Below are positions 32,846-42,973 of a stretch of 64,000 nucleotides of DNA, in pieces. Both the position numbers and the translations under genes were made by a program. The DNA is from an uncultured Gemmatimonadales bacterium (lineage in GTDB: Bacteria > Gemmatimonadota > Gemmatimonadetes > Gemmatimonadales > Gemmatimonadaceae), in NCBI GenBank assembly GCA_963851265.1, contig CAWKNZ010000006.1, positions 128,001 to 192,000 on the forward strand, in the 5' to 3' direction. The notes under the pieces are model-generated. The model did not search any database. It worked only from the letters and a program-made list of their open reading frames with translations, and was not told the DNA's origin. Position 1 is the stretch's first letter, and each line of letters starts with the position of its first letter.

Positions 32846-34102
32846 ATGCAGACCACCGATCTCGCGTCCGACGCGATCTTCGCGGCACGTCGCCGCGCCC
32901 TCGAGACCGCCCACGAAGCGCTCGTCTCGCGCGTCAACGAGCGGATCACGGACGACCGCGGCGTGGTCGACCGCTACCGCCGGCCGGCGCTGACGGCCGC
33001 GCACACGCCGCCGGCCTGGCGCTACGACTTCGACCCCGCGACGAACCCGCGGCTGCTCGAGCGCATGGGGATCAACGCGGTGTTCAACCCCGGGGCCATC
33101 AAGCACGACGGGCGCTACCTGATGGTCGCGCGCGTGGAGGGGGTCGACCGCAAGTCGTTCTTCGCGGTGGCCGAGAGCCCGAACGGCGTGGACGGCTGGC
33201 GCTTCTGGGACTACCCGGTGCGGATGCCCGAAACGGACGAGCCGGACGTGAACGTGTACGACATGCGCCTGACCGCGCACGAGGACGGCTGGGTGTACGG
33301 CGTGTTCTGCACCGAGCGCAAGGACCCGCGCGCGCCGCACGACCCGTCGGCGGCGGTCGCGCAGGCAGGCATCGCGCGCACGCGCGACCTGGTCACGTGG
33401 GAGCGGCTGCCCGACCTCGTGACGCGCTCGGAGCAGCAGCGGAACGTGGTGCTGCACCCCGAGTTCGTGGCCGGCACGTACGCGTTCTATACACGCCCGC
33501 AGGACAGCTTCATCGAGGCGGGTTCGGGCGGCGGGATCGGGTGGGGGCTGTGTGACGACATCACCCGGCCCGTGGTGCGCGACGCAGGGATCGTGGACGG
33601 GCGCGTGTACCACACGATCAAGGAGGCCAAGAACGGGCAGGGGCCGCCGCCGATCCGCACGCCCGCGGGGTGGCTGCACCTCGCGCACGGGGTGCGCAAC
33701 ACGGCCGCGGGGCTGCGCTACGTCCTGTACCTGTTCGTGACCGACCTCGCCGAGCCGTGGCGCGTGACGCACGCGCCCGCGGGGTACCTCATCGCGCCCG
33801 AGCACGACGAGCGCGTGGGCGACGTGTCCAACGTCGTGTTCGCGAACGGGTGGATCGCCGACGACGACGGGACGGTGTTCATCTACTACGCGTCGAGCGA
33901 CACGCGCGTGCACGTCGCGACGAGCGACGTCGAACGGCTCGTCGACTACGCGCTGCACACGCCACCCGACCCGCTGCGCTCCGCCGCGTGCGTGGAGCAG
34001 CGGTACGCGCTCATCGCGCGCAACCTCGGCCACGCGTCGGGCGGCGGTGCCGGCATGGCGGTCGCAGGCGCGGTGGCGAACGGCACCGGGTCGGACGCAT
34101 GA
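32846..34102 (+). CDS. GH130 4-O-beta-D-mannosyl-D-glucose phosphorylase
   Basis: [77 protein letters not shown]. Confidence 0.92.
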   Translation: MQTTDLASDAIFAARRRALETAHEALVSRVNERITDDRGVVDRYRRPALTAAHTPPAWRYDFDPATNPRLLERMGINAVFNPGAIKHDGRYLMVARVEGVDRKSFFAVAESPNGVDGWRFWDYPVRMPETDEPDVNVYDMRLTAHEDGWVYGVFCTERKDPRAPHDPSAAVAQAGIARTRDLVTWERLPDLVTRSEQQRNVVLHPEFVAGTYAFYTRPQDSFIEAGSGGGIGWGLCDDITRPVVRDAGIVDGRVYHTIKEAKNGQGPPPIRTPAGWLHLAHGVRNTAAGLRYVLYLFVTDLAEPWRVTHAPAGYLIAPEHDERVGDVSNVVFANGWIADDDGTVFIYYASSDTRVHVATSDVERLVDYALHTPPDPLRSAACVEQRYALIARNLGHASGGGAGMAVAGAVANGTGSDA

Positions 34103-35427
34103 GCGCGGGCACGGCGCCCGTGGCGCCCGCGGTGCGCCGCGACGACGCGCCGGGAAGCGCCGCCGCCCTAGGCGCGTTGCGCGCGGCGATGGCGCGCGAG
34201 CTGCGCGACGGGATCCTCCCCTACTGGACGGCGCACGCGATGGACGAGCGCCACGGCGGGTTCGTCGGGTACGTCGACGGCGACGACGTGCCGGACCCGA
34301 ACGCGCCCAAGGGCGCGATCCTCAACGCACGGATTCTCTGGACCTTCTCGGCCGCCCACCGGGCGTCAGGCGGCGACGCGGAGCGCGCCGTCGCGGGTCG
34401 CGCCGCGCGCTTCGTGCGCGAGCGGCTGACCGACCCCGTCCACGGCGGCGTGTACTGGATGGTGGAAGCGGACGGGTCGCCGCGCGACGCGCGCAAGCAC
34501 GTGTACGCGCAGGCGTTCGCGATCTACGCGCTGAGCGAGCACCACCGCGCAACGGGTGACGAGGAGAGCCTGCGCGAGGCCATCACGCTGTTCCGGCTCG
34601 TCGAGCGGCACGCACACGACCCGGTGTACGGCGGGTACGAGGAGGCATTCACGCGCGAGTGGGCGCGGCTGGACGACGTGCGGCTGAGCGACGAGGACGC
34701 GGACGAGCGCAAGAGCATGAACACGCACCTGCACGTGCTCGAGGCGTACGCGGGGCTGTACCGCGTCTGGCCCGACGCGCTGCTGCGCGAGCGGCTGGGC
34801 GAGGTGGTCGACCTGTTCGCCACGCGCATCGTCGACCCGCGCGCGCCGCACCTGCGGCTGTTCTTCGACGCGGACTGGACGCCGAAGTCGGACGTGGTGT
34901 CGTACGGGCACGACGTCGAGGCGAGCTGGCTCCTCCGCGAGGCGGCGGAGGTGCACGGCGACGCGGCGCTCCGCGCGCGCGTGCAGCCGGCCTGCATGGC
35001 GCTCGCGACCGCCGTGCGCGACGAGGCGTTCGACGCCGAGTTCGGCGGGATCTTCTACGAGGCGCGGCCGGGACGGCCGCCCGAGACCTACAAGGAGTGG
35101 TGGGTGCAAGCTGAGGCGATCGTCGGGTTCGTCGACGCGTGGCGCGAGACGGGCGATGCGGCGTTTCTGCGCGCCGCGCACGAAACGTGGGGGTTCACGG
35201 ACCGGCACCTCGTCGACCACGCACACGGGGAGTGGTACCGCCGCACCGCGCGCGACGGTGCGCGTCTGCGCGGCTTCGAGAAGATCGGGCCGTGGAAGTG
35301 CTGCTACCACAACGCGCGCGCGTGCCTCGAGGTGATCGCGCGCGCCGACGCCACGCTGCCGGGCGTGGTGCCGGGCGTGGTGCCGGGCGCGACGTCGGCG
35401 GCCGGGCGCGAGGCGGTGCCGGCATGA
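34099..35427 (+). CDS. Cellobiose/mannobiose 2-epimerase (AGE family)
   Basis: ATGA overlap with GH130; [62 protein letters not shown]. Confidence 0.92.
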   Translation: MSAGTAPVAPAVRRDDAPGSAAALGALRAAMARELRDGILPYWTAHAMDERHGGFVGYVDGDDVPDPNAPKGAILNARILWTFSAAHRASGGDAERAVAGRAARFVRERLTDPVHGGVYWMVEADGSPRDARKHVYAQAFAIYALSEHHRATGDEESLREAITLFRLVERHAHDPVYGGYEEAFTREWARLDDVRLSDEDADERKSMNTHLHVLEAYAGLYRVWPDALLRERLGEVVDLFATRIVDPRAPHLRLFFDADWTPKSDVVSYGHDVEASWLLREAAEVHGDAALRARVQPACMALATAVRDEAFDAEFGGIFYEARPGRPPETYKEWWVQAEAIVGFVDAWRETGDAAFLRAAHETWGFTDRHLVDHAHGEWYRRTARDGARLRGFEKIGPWKCCYHNARACLEVIARADATLPGVVPGVVPGATSAAGREAVPA

Positions 35428-36632
35428 GGCGGCGGGCATCGGGCTTGTTGCTCGCGGGCGCGCTGGCCGCGGGCGGGTTCGCGGCGGGCGCGTGTGCCGG
35501 CCGGGGACGGCCGGCGGCCGCGGCTCCGACTAACGACGTCGTCGCGGGCGCGACGGCGCGCGCGGCCCGCACGGTCGACCCGCGCGCGACGGCCGAGACG
35601 CGCGCGCTGTTCGCCAACCTGCGCGGACTCGCCGGCCGGCGCATCCTGTTCGGACACCACGACGACCTCGCGTACGGCCACACGTGGGTCGACCAACCGG
35701 GGCGGTCGGACGTCAAGGAGGCCGGCGGCGCGTACCCGGCCCTGTACGAGTGGGACCTCTCGAACGTCGAGCGCGACCTGGCGGTCAACATCGACCACAT
35801 CCCGTTCGCGCGCGTGCGCGGGTGGATCGTCGAGCGGTACGGGCGCGGGGACGTGAACGTGCTGAGCTGGCACGTGAACAATCCCGTGTCGGGCGGGAAC
35901 GCGTGGGACACGACCGCCGCGGTGGCCGACGTGCTTCCCGGCGGCGCGCGGCACGCGCAGTACGCGCGGTGGCTGGACGGCGTCGCGACGTTCGTGACGA
36001 GCTTGCGCGCGCCCGGCGCCGGCGGGACGTTAGTCCCGGTCGTGTTCCGCCCGTTTCACGAGATGAGCGGGGGCTGGTTCTGGTGGGGCGCCCGCCACGC
36101 GACGCCCGAGCAGTACAAGCAGCTCTGGGCGTTCACGGTCACGTACCTGCGCGACGTGAAGGGCGTGCACAACGTGCTCTACGCGTACTCGCCGGACGTC
36201 TTCGACTCGCCCGACGCCTACCTCGCGCGCTACCCGGGCGACGCGTACGTCGACGTGCTGGGGTACGACGACTACCAGAGCGTGCGCTCGCCCGCGACGC
36301 GCGCGACCATGACCGAGCGCATGCGGACGGTCGTGCGGCTCGCGGCCGAGCGCGGCAAGGTCGCCGCGCTCACCGAAACCGGCGTCGAGGGCGTGCCCGA
36401 CTCGCTGTGGTGGACCGGCACGCTCCTCCCCGCGCTCGCGCAGGACTCGCTCACGCGACGCCTCGCGTGGGTGTCGGTGTGGCGCAACGCGCCGACCTCG
36501 CCCGAGCACCCGCACCACTTTTACGCGCCGTACGCCGGGCAGGCGAGCGCGCCCGATTTCGCGCGCTTCCGGCGGGACCCCCTGATGGCGTTCGAGGGAG
36601 ACGTGCCCGACCTCTACCGCGCGCCGCGATGA
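35424..36632 (+). CDS. GH26 beta-mannanase / mannobiohydrolase, probable lipoprotein
   Basis: ATGA overlap; FGHHDDLAYG, SWH, FRPFHEMSGGWFWWG (acid/base), YPGDAYVD, ALTETG (nucleophile), VWRN. Confidence 0.92.
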   Translation: MRRRASGLLLAGALAAGGFAAGACAGRGRPAAAAPTNDVVAGATARAARTVDPRATAETRALFANLRGLAGRRILFGHHDDLAYGHTWVDQPGRSDVKEAGGAYPALYEWDLSNVERDLAVNIDHIPFARVRGWIVERYGRGDVNVLSWHVNNPVSGGNAWDTTAAVADVLPGGARHAQYARWLDGVATFVTSLRAPGAGGTLVPVVFRPFHEMSGGWFWWGARHATPEQYKQLWAFTVTYLRDVKGVHNVLYAYSPDVFDSPDAYLARYPGDAYVDVLGYDDYQSVRSPATRATMTERMRTVVRLAAERGKVAALTETGVEGVPDSLWWTGTLLPALAQDSLTRRLAWVSVWRNAPTSPEHPHHFYAPYAGQASAPDFARFRRDPLMAFEGDVPDLYRAPR

Positions 36633-36742
36633 TCGGTCGCGGGTCGTTACTGGCCCCGTCCTCCGGACTGGCCGGCGGCGTGATCGACGGCGTGACCCGG
36701 TAGAGCCCGACTCGCGCACCCCTCTTCAACCCGCCCCCGATC

Positions 36743-39025
36743 GTGTCCGCCACTGCAGTCGCCCCCACCCCGGAACGCCCCGTCCCACTCCGCGATGATG
36801 GGCGCGAGGCCGGCGCGTCGCGCGCGCGGGTCGACGCCCTCCTCGCACGCATGACGCTCGAGGAGAAGGTGGGGCAGATGACGCAGATCAACCTCGGCGT
36901 GATTGCCGCCCCCGCCGCCGACCAGCGCCCCGGGCGCGTGACGCTCGACCGGCGCAAGCTCCGCGAGGCGCTCGTCACGCGGAACGTCGGCTCGATCATC
37001 AACGTGCTCGACGCGGCCCTGCCCGCCGAGGGGTGGCACGCCCTCGTCCGCGAGGTGCAGGACGTGGCGCTGCACGAGACGCGCCTCGGGGTGCCGGTGC
37101 TCTACGGCATCGATTTCGTGCACGGCGCGAATTACACGCAGGGCGGGACCATATTTCCGCACAACGTCGCGATGGGTGCGACGTTCGACGTGGCCCTCGC
37201 GCGCCGCGCGGGTGAAGTCACCGGGGCGGAGGCGCGGGCGTCGGGGCTGCCGTGGAACTTCGCGCCCGTGCTGGACGTGGGGCGCCAGCCGCTGTGGCCG
37301 CGCTTCTACGAAACGTTCGGCGAGGACCCGCTCGTGGCCGCGCGGCTCGGCTCGGCGTTCCTCGCCGGATCGCAGGCGGCGGGCGTCGCCGGCACCATGA
37401 AGCACTACCTCGGCTACGGCGCGCCGCGCTCGGGGCGCGACCGCACGCCGCCCGCGCTCACCGAGCGCGAGGTGCGCGAGGTGATCCTGCCTCCGTTCCG
37501 CGCGGCGGTGGCCGCGGGGGCGCGGACCGTGATGGTCAACTCGGGCGAGATCGATGGCGAGCCCGTGCACGCGAGCCGCCACTGGCTGATCGACGTCCTG
37601 CGCGGCGAACTCGGGTTCGACGGCGTCGTCGTCACCGATTGGGAAGACATCATCTTCCTCCACACCCGGCACCGCGTCGCGGCCACGACGAAGGACGCCG
37701 TGCGCATGGCGATCGAGGCGGGGATCGACATGAGCATGACACCCCACGAGTTCGGCTTCGTGGACGACCTGATCGCCCTCGTACACGAGGGCGCGGTCCC
37801 CGAGCGGCGCGTGGACGAGAGCGTGAGGCGAATCCTCCTGCTGAAGGCCGACGTCGGGCTGCTCGACCGGCCGTACCCGGACGCATCACTCGCCGCGCAG
37901 ATCGGGACGCCCGAGGCCCGCGCGGTCGCGCGCCACGCCGCGCGCGACGCGATCACCCTGCTCAAGAACGACGGCGTCGCAGCCGGTGCGGCTCCGGTGC
38001 TGCCGCTCGCGCCCGGCGCGCGCGTGCTCGTCACCGGGCCGGCGGCGCACTCGCTCGCCGCGCTCAACGGCGGGTGGACGTACACGTGGCAGGGCACCGA
38101 GCCGTGGCGGTTCCCGGCGGGGGTGCCGTCGCTGCTCGACGCCATCCGCTACCACACCGACGCCGTGCGCTTCGTCGGCAACGCCGACGCGCGCGCCGCG
38201 TTCGCCGACCCGACCGACGTCGAGATTGCCGCCGCGGTGGCCGCCGCCCGCGACGTCGACGTCGCGATCGTCGCGCTCGGCGAGTCCGGGTACGCCGAGT
38301 GGGTCGGCGACATCAGCGACCTCACCCTGTCGCCCGCGCAGCTCCGTCTCGCCCAGGCGGTCCAGGCGACCGGCGTCCCTACGGTGCTCGTGCTGCTCGA
38401 AGGACGCCCTCGCCTGGTGCGCGACGTCGTGCCGGGGGCGGCGGCGGTCGTGATCGGCTACTGGCCCGGCATGGACGGCGCCGAAGCCGTCGCCGACGTG
38501 CTGTTCGGCGCCGTGAACCCGAGTGGGCGGCTGCCCTTCACGTACCCGAAGTGGCCCAACGCCCTCGCCACCTACGACCACAAGTTCACCGAGACGCTGG
38601 ACATTGGCCTGACGCGTGCGTCGGGCGGGTTCGACCCGCAGTTCGAATTCGGGCACGGGCTGAGCTACACCACGTTCGGCTACGAGCAGCTGACGCTCGA
38701 CCGCGACGCGATCGGCCGTGAGGAGCTGGTGCGGGGGGCGCGGGTGGCGGTCTCGGTGACCGTGACCAATACTGGGGGGCGCGCGGGCAAGGAGAGCGTC
38801 TTGCTCTTCATGCGCCAGCGCTACGCCACGATCACGCCGCCGGTGCGTCGGCTGCGCGGGTTCGAGAAGGTCGAGCTCGCGCCCGGCGCTTCACGCACCG
38901 TCCACGTCGCGCTCGCGGTTGACGACTTCTCGTACGTCGGCCGCGACGGCCGCGACGTGCTCGAAGCCGGCGCGTTCGACGTGATGGTCGGCGGCCTCAC
39001 GCACAGCATCGAGGTGACACGATGA
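36743..39025 (+). CDS. GH3 beta-glucosidase
   Basis: MTLEEKVGQM, GIDFVHG, RFYETFGEDP, MKHY, VVVTDW nucleophile, NPSGRLP, FGHGLSYTTF, C-terminal Fn3-like domain; no clear signal peptide. Confidence 0.93.
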   Translation: MSATAVAPTPERPVPLRDDGREAGASRARVDALLARMTLEEKVGQMTQINLGVIAAPAADQRPGRVTLDRRKLREALVTRNVGSIINVLDAALPAEGWHALVREVQDVALHETRLGVPVLYGIDFVHGANYTQGGTIFPHNVAMGATFDVALARRAGEVTGAEARASGLPWNFAPVLDVGRQPLWPRFYETFGEDPLVAARLGSAFLAGSQAAGVAGTMKHYLGYGAPRSGRDRTPPALTEREVREVILPPFRAAVAAGARTVMVNSGEIDGEPVHASRHWLIDVLRGELGFDGVVVTDWEDIIFLHTRHRVAATTKDAVRMAIEAGIDMSMTPHEFGFVDDLIALVHEGAVPERRVDESVRRILLLKADVGLLDRPYPDASLAAQIGTPEARAVARHAARDAITLLKNDGVAAGAAPVLPLAPGARVLVTGPAAHSLAALNGGWTYTWQGTEPWRFPAGVPSLLDAIRYHTDAVRFVGNADARAAFADPTDVEIAAAVAAARDVDVAIVALGESGYAEWVGDISDLTLSPAQLRLAQAVQATGVPTVLVLLEGRPRLVRDVVPGAAAVVIGYWPGMDGAEAVADVLFGAVNPSGRLPFTYPKWPNALATYDHKFTETLDIGLTRASGGFDPQFEFGHGLSYTTFGYEQLTLDRDAIGREELVRGARVAVSVTVTNTGGRAGKESVLLFMRQRYATITPPVRRLRGFEKVELAPGASRTVHVALAVDDFSYVGRDGRDVLEAGAFDVMVGGLTHSIEVTR

Positions 39026-40305
39026 ACCGCATGGTTGTCCAACGCTCGCGGGTGGGGCGCGTCGTACGCCTGACCGCCGCCTTCCTCGCGGTCGTCCTCG
39101 TGGCGCTCGCCGGACCGCTCGCGGGCGCGGCCGGGGCGCAGAAGTTCGAGCACCTCGCGCAGACCCCGCCCATGGGGTGGAACAGCTGGAACAAGTTCGC
39201 CTGCAACGTGAGCGAGCAGCTGATCCGCGAGACGGCGGACGCGATGGTCACGTCGGGGATGCGCGACGCCGGCTACCAGTACGTCAACATCGACGACTGC
39301 TGGCACGGCGCGCGCGACAGCGCGGGCTTCATCCAGGTCGACGCCGCTCGGTTCCCGTCGGGAATGAAGGCGCTCGCCGACTACGTCCACGCGAAGGGCC
39401 TCAAGCTCGGCATCTATTCGGACGCGGGGTGGAAGACGTGCGGGGGACGGCCGGGAAGCCGCGGGCACGAGTACCAGGACGCGCTCACGTACGCACGCTG
39501 GGGCGTGGACTACCTCAAGTACGACTGGTGCAATACCGACTCGCTCAAGGCGCAGGGCGCGTACATCACGATGCGCGAGGCGCTCCGCGCGGCCGGGCGG
39601 CCGATCGTCTTCAGCCTGTGCGAGTGGGGCACCGCGCAGCCGTGGACGTGGGCCGCGTCGGTGGGCCACCTCTGGCGCACGACCACCGACATCACCAACT
39701 GCTTCGACTGCGTTCGCAACTACGGGGCGTGGGCGCCGGCGAGCGTGCTCACGATCCTCGACAAGCAGAAGGAGCTGCGGCAGTACGCGGGCCCGGACCA
39801 CTGGAACGACCCCGACATGCTGGAAGTCGGGAACGGGATGACGGCTGGCGAGGACCGCGCGCACTTCGCGATGTGGGCCATGCTCGCGGCGCCGCTCATC
39901 ACCGGAACCGACCTGCGCAGCATGCCGGCCGAGACGCGCGCGCTGCTCACCAACCGCGGGCTGATCGCGGTGGACCAGGACTCGTTAGGCGTTCAGGGCT
40001 TCGCGTCGCGCTCCACGCCGGACGGCGTCGAGGTGTGGCTCAAGCCGCTCGCGGGTGGGGACTGGGCGGTCGCGGTGCTCAACCGCTCGCTCGAGCCGCG
40101 CCGCGTGACGTACGACTGGCGCCGCGACGGCGTGGCCGATGGCCTCACGCACCACTCGGCGGACTTCGCGGCCCACACGTACCGCGTGCGCGACCTGATC
40201 GCGGGGCGCGACCGGGGGACGACGGCCACCGCGCTCGTCGCGGACGTCCCCGCCCACGACGTGCTGGTGCTGCGCCTCAGCGCGCGGGAGACCGCGTCGC
40301 GCTGA
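39022..40305 (+). CDS. GH27 alpha-galactosidase, secreted
   Basis: ATGA overlap; TPPMGWNSWN, NIDDCW, DYLKYDWC, SLCEWG, WRTTTDI, WNDPDML. Confidence 0.95.
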   Translation: MNRMVVQRSRVGRVVRLTAAFLAVVLVALAGPLAGAAGAQKFEHLAQTPPMGWNSWNKFACNVSEQLIRETADAMVTSGMRDAGYQYVNIDDCWHGARDSAGFIQVDAARFPSGMKALADYVHAKGLKLGIYSDAGWKTCGGRPGSRGHEYQDALTYARWGVDYLKYDWCNTDSLKAQGAYITMREALRAAGRPIVFSLCEWGTAQPWTWAASVGHLWRTTTDITNCFDCVRNYGAWAPASVLTILDKQKELRQYAGPDHWNDPDMLEVGNGMTAGEDRAHFAMWAMLAAPLITGTDLRSMPAETRALLTNRGLIAVDQDSLGVQGFASRSTPDGVEVWLKPLAGGDWAVAVLNRSLEPRRVTYDWRRDGVADGLTHHSADFAAHTYRVRDLIAGRDRGTTATALVADVPAHDVLVLRLSARETASR

Positions 40306-41626
40306 CGTGGTCGAAGATGTACCGGTCGAGAAACGCGTTGCGGAACTTGCCCTCGGGGTCGTGCGCCGCGAGCAGCGCGCGGAAGTCGGGGAGCCGGTCG
40401 TAGAGCGCGGCGATCCGGGACGGCGGTACGGTGAACAGCTTGCCCCAGTGCGGACGTGCGTCGAACGGTTCGAGGGCCGCCTCGATCGCGGGCAGCAGCG
40501 CACGCACCGCGGGCCAGTCGGGCGCCCACGTGAAGTGGATGCTGATGCAGTCGCGCCCGCGGCAGGGGCTCATCCACAGGTCGTCCGCCGCCACGGTGCG
40601 CAACTCGGAGACGAGCACGAGCGGCGCGATGCGCGCGCGCAGCGCGTCGACGGCCCGCAGCGCGTCGCGCGCGTGTTCGCGCGGCACCAGATAGTCGGTC
40701 TGCAGCTCGGCGCCGTTGCTCGGCGCGTAGTCCATGCGGAAGTGCGGCAGCCGGTCGTGCCACGGGCCGGGAAGGCCGAGCTGCTCGGTGCAGTTGGCGG
40801 GCGAGACGCCGAAGATGGGGTGGCGGTGGCCGGTGGCGGGCGTCGCCGCGCGCAGGGCCCGGGGGAGCGGGTGCGCGCCGTGCTCAGGGCGCCGCTTGAG
40901 CCACACCTGGTCAACGCGCGGACCTCGCCAGCGGGTGAACACGCTCACGCTGTAGGCGCTGCCCAGCACGTCGTCGAGCCCGGCCTCGAGTTCGGCGAGC
41001 GGAACGTCCTCGTACACGTGTTGCACGAGGTCGTACGCGGGGCGCACGTCCAGCGTGAGGCGTGTGACGACGCCGAGCCCGCCGAGTCCGACCACCGCGC
41101 CGCGGAACGCGTCGCCGTCGTGCTCGCGCGAGAGCGTGACCACGTCGCCCGTCGCGGTGACGAACTCCATTGCGGCCACGGCGGTGGCGAGGTTTGCGTT
41201 CTCGTCACCCGACCCATGCGTCGCGGTCGCGCACGCCCCCGCGACGGAGATGTGGGGCAGCGACGCGAGGTTGTGCAGCGCGTACCCCGCCTCGCTCAGC
41301 GCGCGCGCGAGCGTCCCGTAGCGGATGCCGCCCTCGACGGTCACGGTGCGCTGCGCCGGGTCGAGCGCCAGCACGCGATTCATGCGTTCGAGCGAGATCA
41401 AATCGCCGGTGGTGTCGGCGACGGCGTTGAAGGAGTGGCGTGAGCCGAGCACCTTGACGCGGGTCGCGCCGGCGACGATCGCCTGCACCTCGTCGACCGT
41501 TCGGGGGTGGTGCAGGCGGGCCGCCTGGTACGTATAGTTGCCGGCCCAATTCGTCAGTGTCCCGTCAACCGCCTCCGCCGTCGCGCCTGTCACGATCGCC
41601 TGCTCCCCGGGGTTCGCGTCGTTCAT
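40277..41626 (-). CDS. FAD-linked alditol/xylitol oxidase (AldO-like)
   Basis: 3' part of ORF 40277..43609; NWAGN, GSRHSFN (flavinylated His), NLASLPHISVAGA.ATATHGSG, RLPHF, RPHWGKLF. Confidence 0.88.
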   Translation of the reverse strand: MNDANPGEQAIVTGATAEAVDGTLTNWAGNYTYQAARLHHPRTVDEVQAIVAGATRVKVLGSRHSFNAVADTTGDLISLERMNRVLALDPAQRTVTVEGGIRYGTLARALSEAGYALHNLASLPHISVAGACATATHGSGDENANLATAVAAMEFVTATGDVVTLSREHDGDAFRGAVVGLGGLGVVTRLTLDVRPAYDLVQHVYEDVPLAELEAGLDDVLGSAYSVSVFTRWRGPRVDQVWLKRRPEHGAHPLPRALRAATPATGHRHPIFGVSPANCTEQLGLPGPWHDRLPHFRMDYAPSNGAELQTDYLVPREHARDALRAVDALRARIAPLVLVSELRTVAADDLWMSPCRGRDCISIHFTWAPDWPAVRALLPAIEAALEPFDARPHWGKLFTVPPSRIAALYDRLPDFRALLAAHDPEGKFRNAFLDRYIFDHVSATRSPAR

Positions 41627-41725
41627 GTCCGACCGTGCACCCGCCGACGCGCGGCACACCGCGGTACATCCATGAAGATTAGCCGAGCCGTTCGCGCGGT
41701 GGTGACGCCGGCACCGTGTTCCCTG

Positions 41726-42970
41726 ATGCCGAGGCGGACCGTGGTGTTCGCGATCGGTCTCGCCGTCGCGGCCGCGTTCGGCGCGGCGAGCCGTGCGCGC
41801 GCCCAACTCACGATCCGGCTCGCGGCGCTCCCGGCGCGAACGCCGGCGGGCGCCGTCGTGCACGTCGCCGGGACGTTCAACGGCTGGAACCCGGTGGCGA
41901 GCGACGCCGTACTCGCGCCGCAGGCGGATGGCGCGTACGCGATCACGCTGCCGGCCGCGGTGCGCGGCCCGGTCGCATTCAAGTTCACGCTCGGCTCGTG
42001 GCGGAGCGTCGAGACGACCGTCGACGGGCGCGACGTGCCCAACCGGACGGTGGTGGTCCCCGCGTCCGGCGCCGCCACGTACGACGCGACGGTCGCCGGC
42101 TGGCGCGACAGCACCTCGACCGCTCCGCCGCCTGCGTCCACCGCATCGCCGTCGGTCTCGATCCTGAGCGACAGCTTTCCGATGCCGCAACTCGGGCGCC
42201 GGCGTCGCGTGTGGCTTTACCTGCCGCCGGACTACGCAACGTCGCGGGCGCGCTACCCGGTGCTCTACATGCAGGATGGGCAGAACGTGTTCGATGCGGC
42301 GACGAGTTTCGCGGGCGAGTGGGGCGTCGACGAGACGCTCGATTCGCTGCAGGCGACCGGCGGGCGCGGCGCGATCGTCGTCGCGGTGGACAACGACGGC
42401 GCGCACCGGCTCGACGAGTACGACCCGTGGCGGAACGCGGACCCCGCGCTCGGTGGAGGCGAGGGCGACGCGTACGTCGACTTCCTCGCGCGCTCGCTCA
42501 AGCCCTACGTCGACGCGCACTACCGCACCCGCGCCGACCGGCTGCACACGGGCGTGGTCGGGTCGAGCCTCGGCGGGCTGATCGCGTTGTATGCGGCGCT
42601 CAAGTATCCGGGCGTGTTCGGGCGCGCGGGCGTGCTGTCGTGCGCGTGCTGGATCGCGAAGCCGCAGTTGCTCGCCTATGCGCGCAAGGCACGGCCGGCG
42701 CGACCGTACGCGCGGCTCTATTTCGTCGTCGGCGCTCGCGAGACCGCGGACGGGCAGCCCGCGCGCGACCAGCAGGCGGTCGTCGACACGCTCGTGGCCG
42801 CGGGATTCCCGGTCGGCGTGGCCGACACCTCGGTCGTGCGCGCGGACGGGCAGCACGCGGAGTGGTTCTGGCGGCGCGAATTCCCCGCGGCGTACGCGTG
42901 GCTGTTCGGCGCGGCGCCCGCGGCTACCATACGTGCGCGGCGCCTCGTCCCGACTCCTCCACGTCACTGA
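41726..42970 (+). CDS. Secreted alpha/beta-fold esterase with N-terminal CBM20-like beta-sandwich
   Basis: ORF 41507..42970 (alternative start 41672); VHVAGTFNGW, FKFTLGSW; VWLYLPPDY, YPVLYMQDGQN, GSSLGG, GQHAE. Confidence 0.8.
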   Translation: MPRRTVVFAIGLAVAAAFGAASRARAQLTIRLAALPARTPAGAVVHVAGTFNGWNPVASDAVLAPQADGAYAITLPAAVRGPVAFKFTLGSWRSVETTVDGRDVPNRTVVVPASGAATYDATVAGWRDSTSTAPPPASTASPSVSILSDSFPMPQLGRRRRVWLYLPPDYATSRARYPVLYMQDGQNVFDAATSFAGEWGVDETLDSLQATGGRGAIVVAVDNDGAHRLDEYDPWRNADPALGGGEGDAYVDFLARSLKPYVDAHYRTRADRLHTGVVGSSLGGLIALYAALKYPGVFGRAGVLSCACWIAKPQLLAYARKARPARPYARLYFVVGARETADGQPARDQQAVVDTLVAAGFPVGVADTSVVRADGQHAEWFWRREFPAAYAWLFGAAPAATIRARRLVPTPPRH

Positions 42971-42973
42971 CCG

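Noticed and set aside
35358..35389. 12-bp tandem repeat encoding [10 protein letters not shown] at the epimerase C-terminus
   Set aside because: Short in-frame slippage repeat in a non-conserved tail; not a CRISPR or phase-variation tract.
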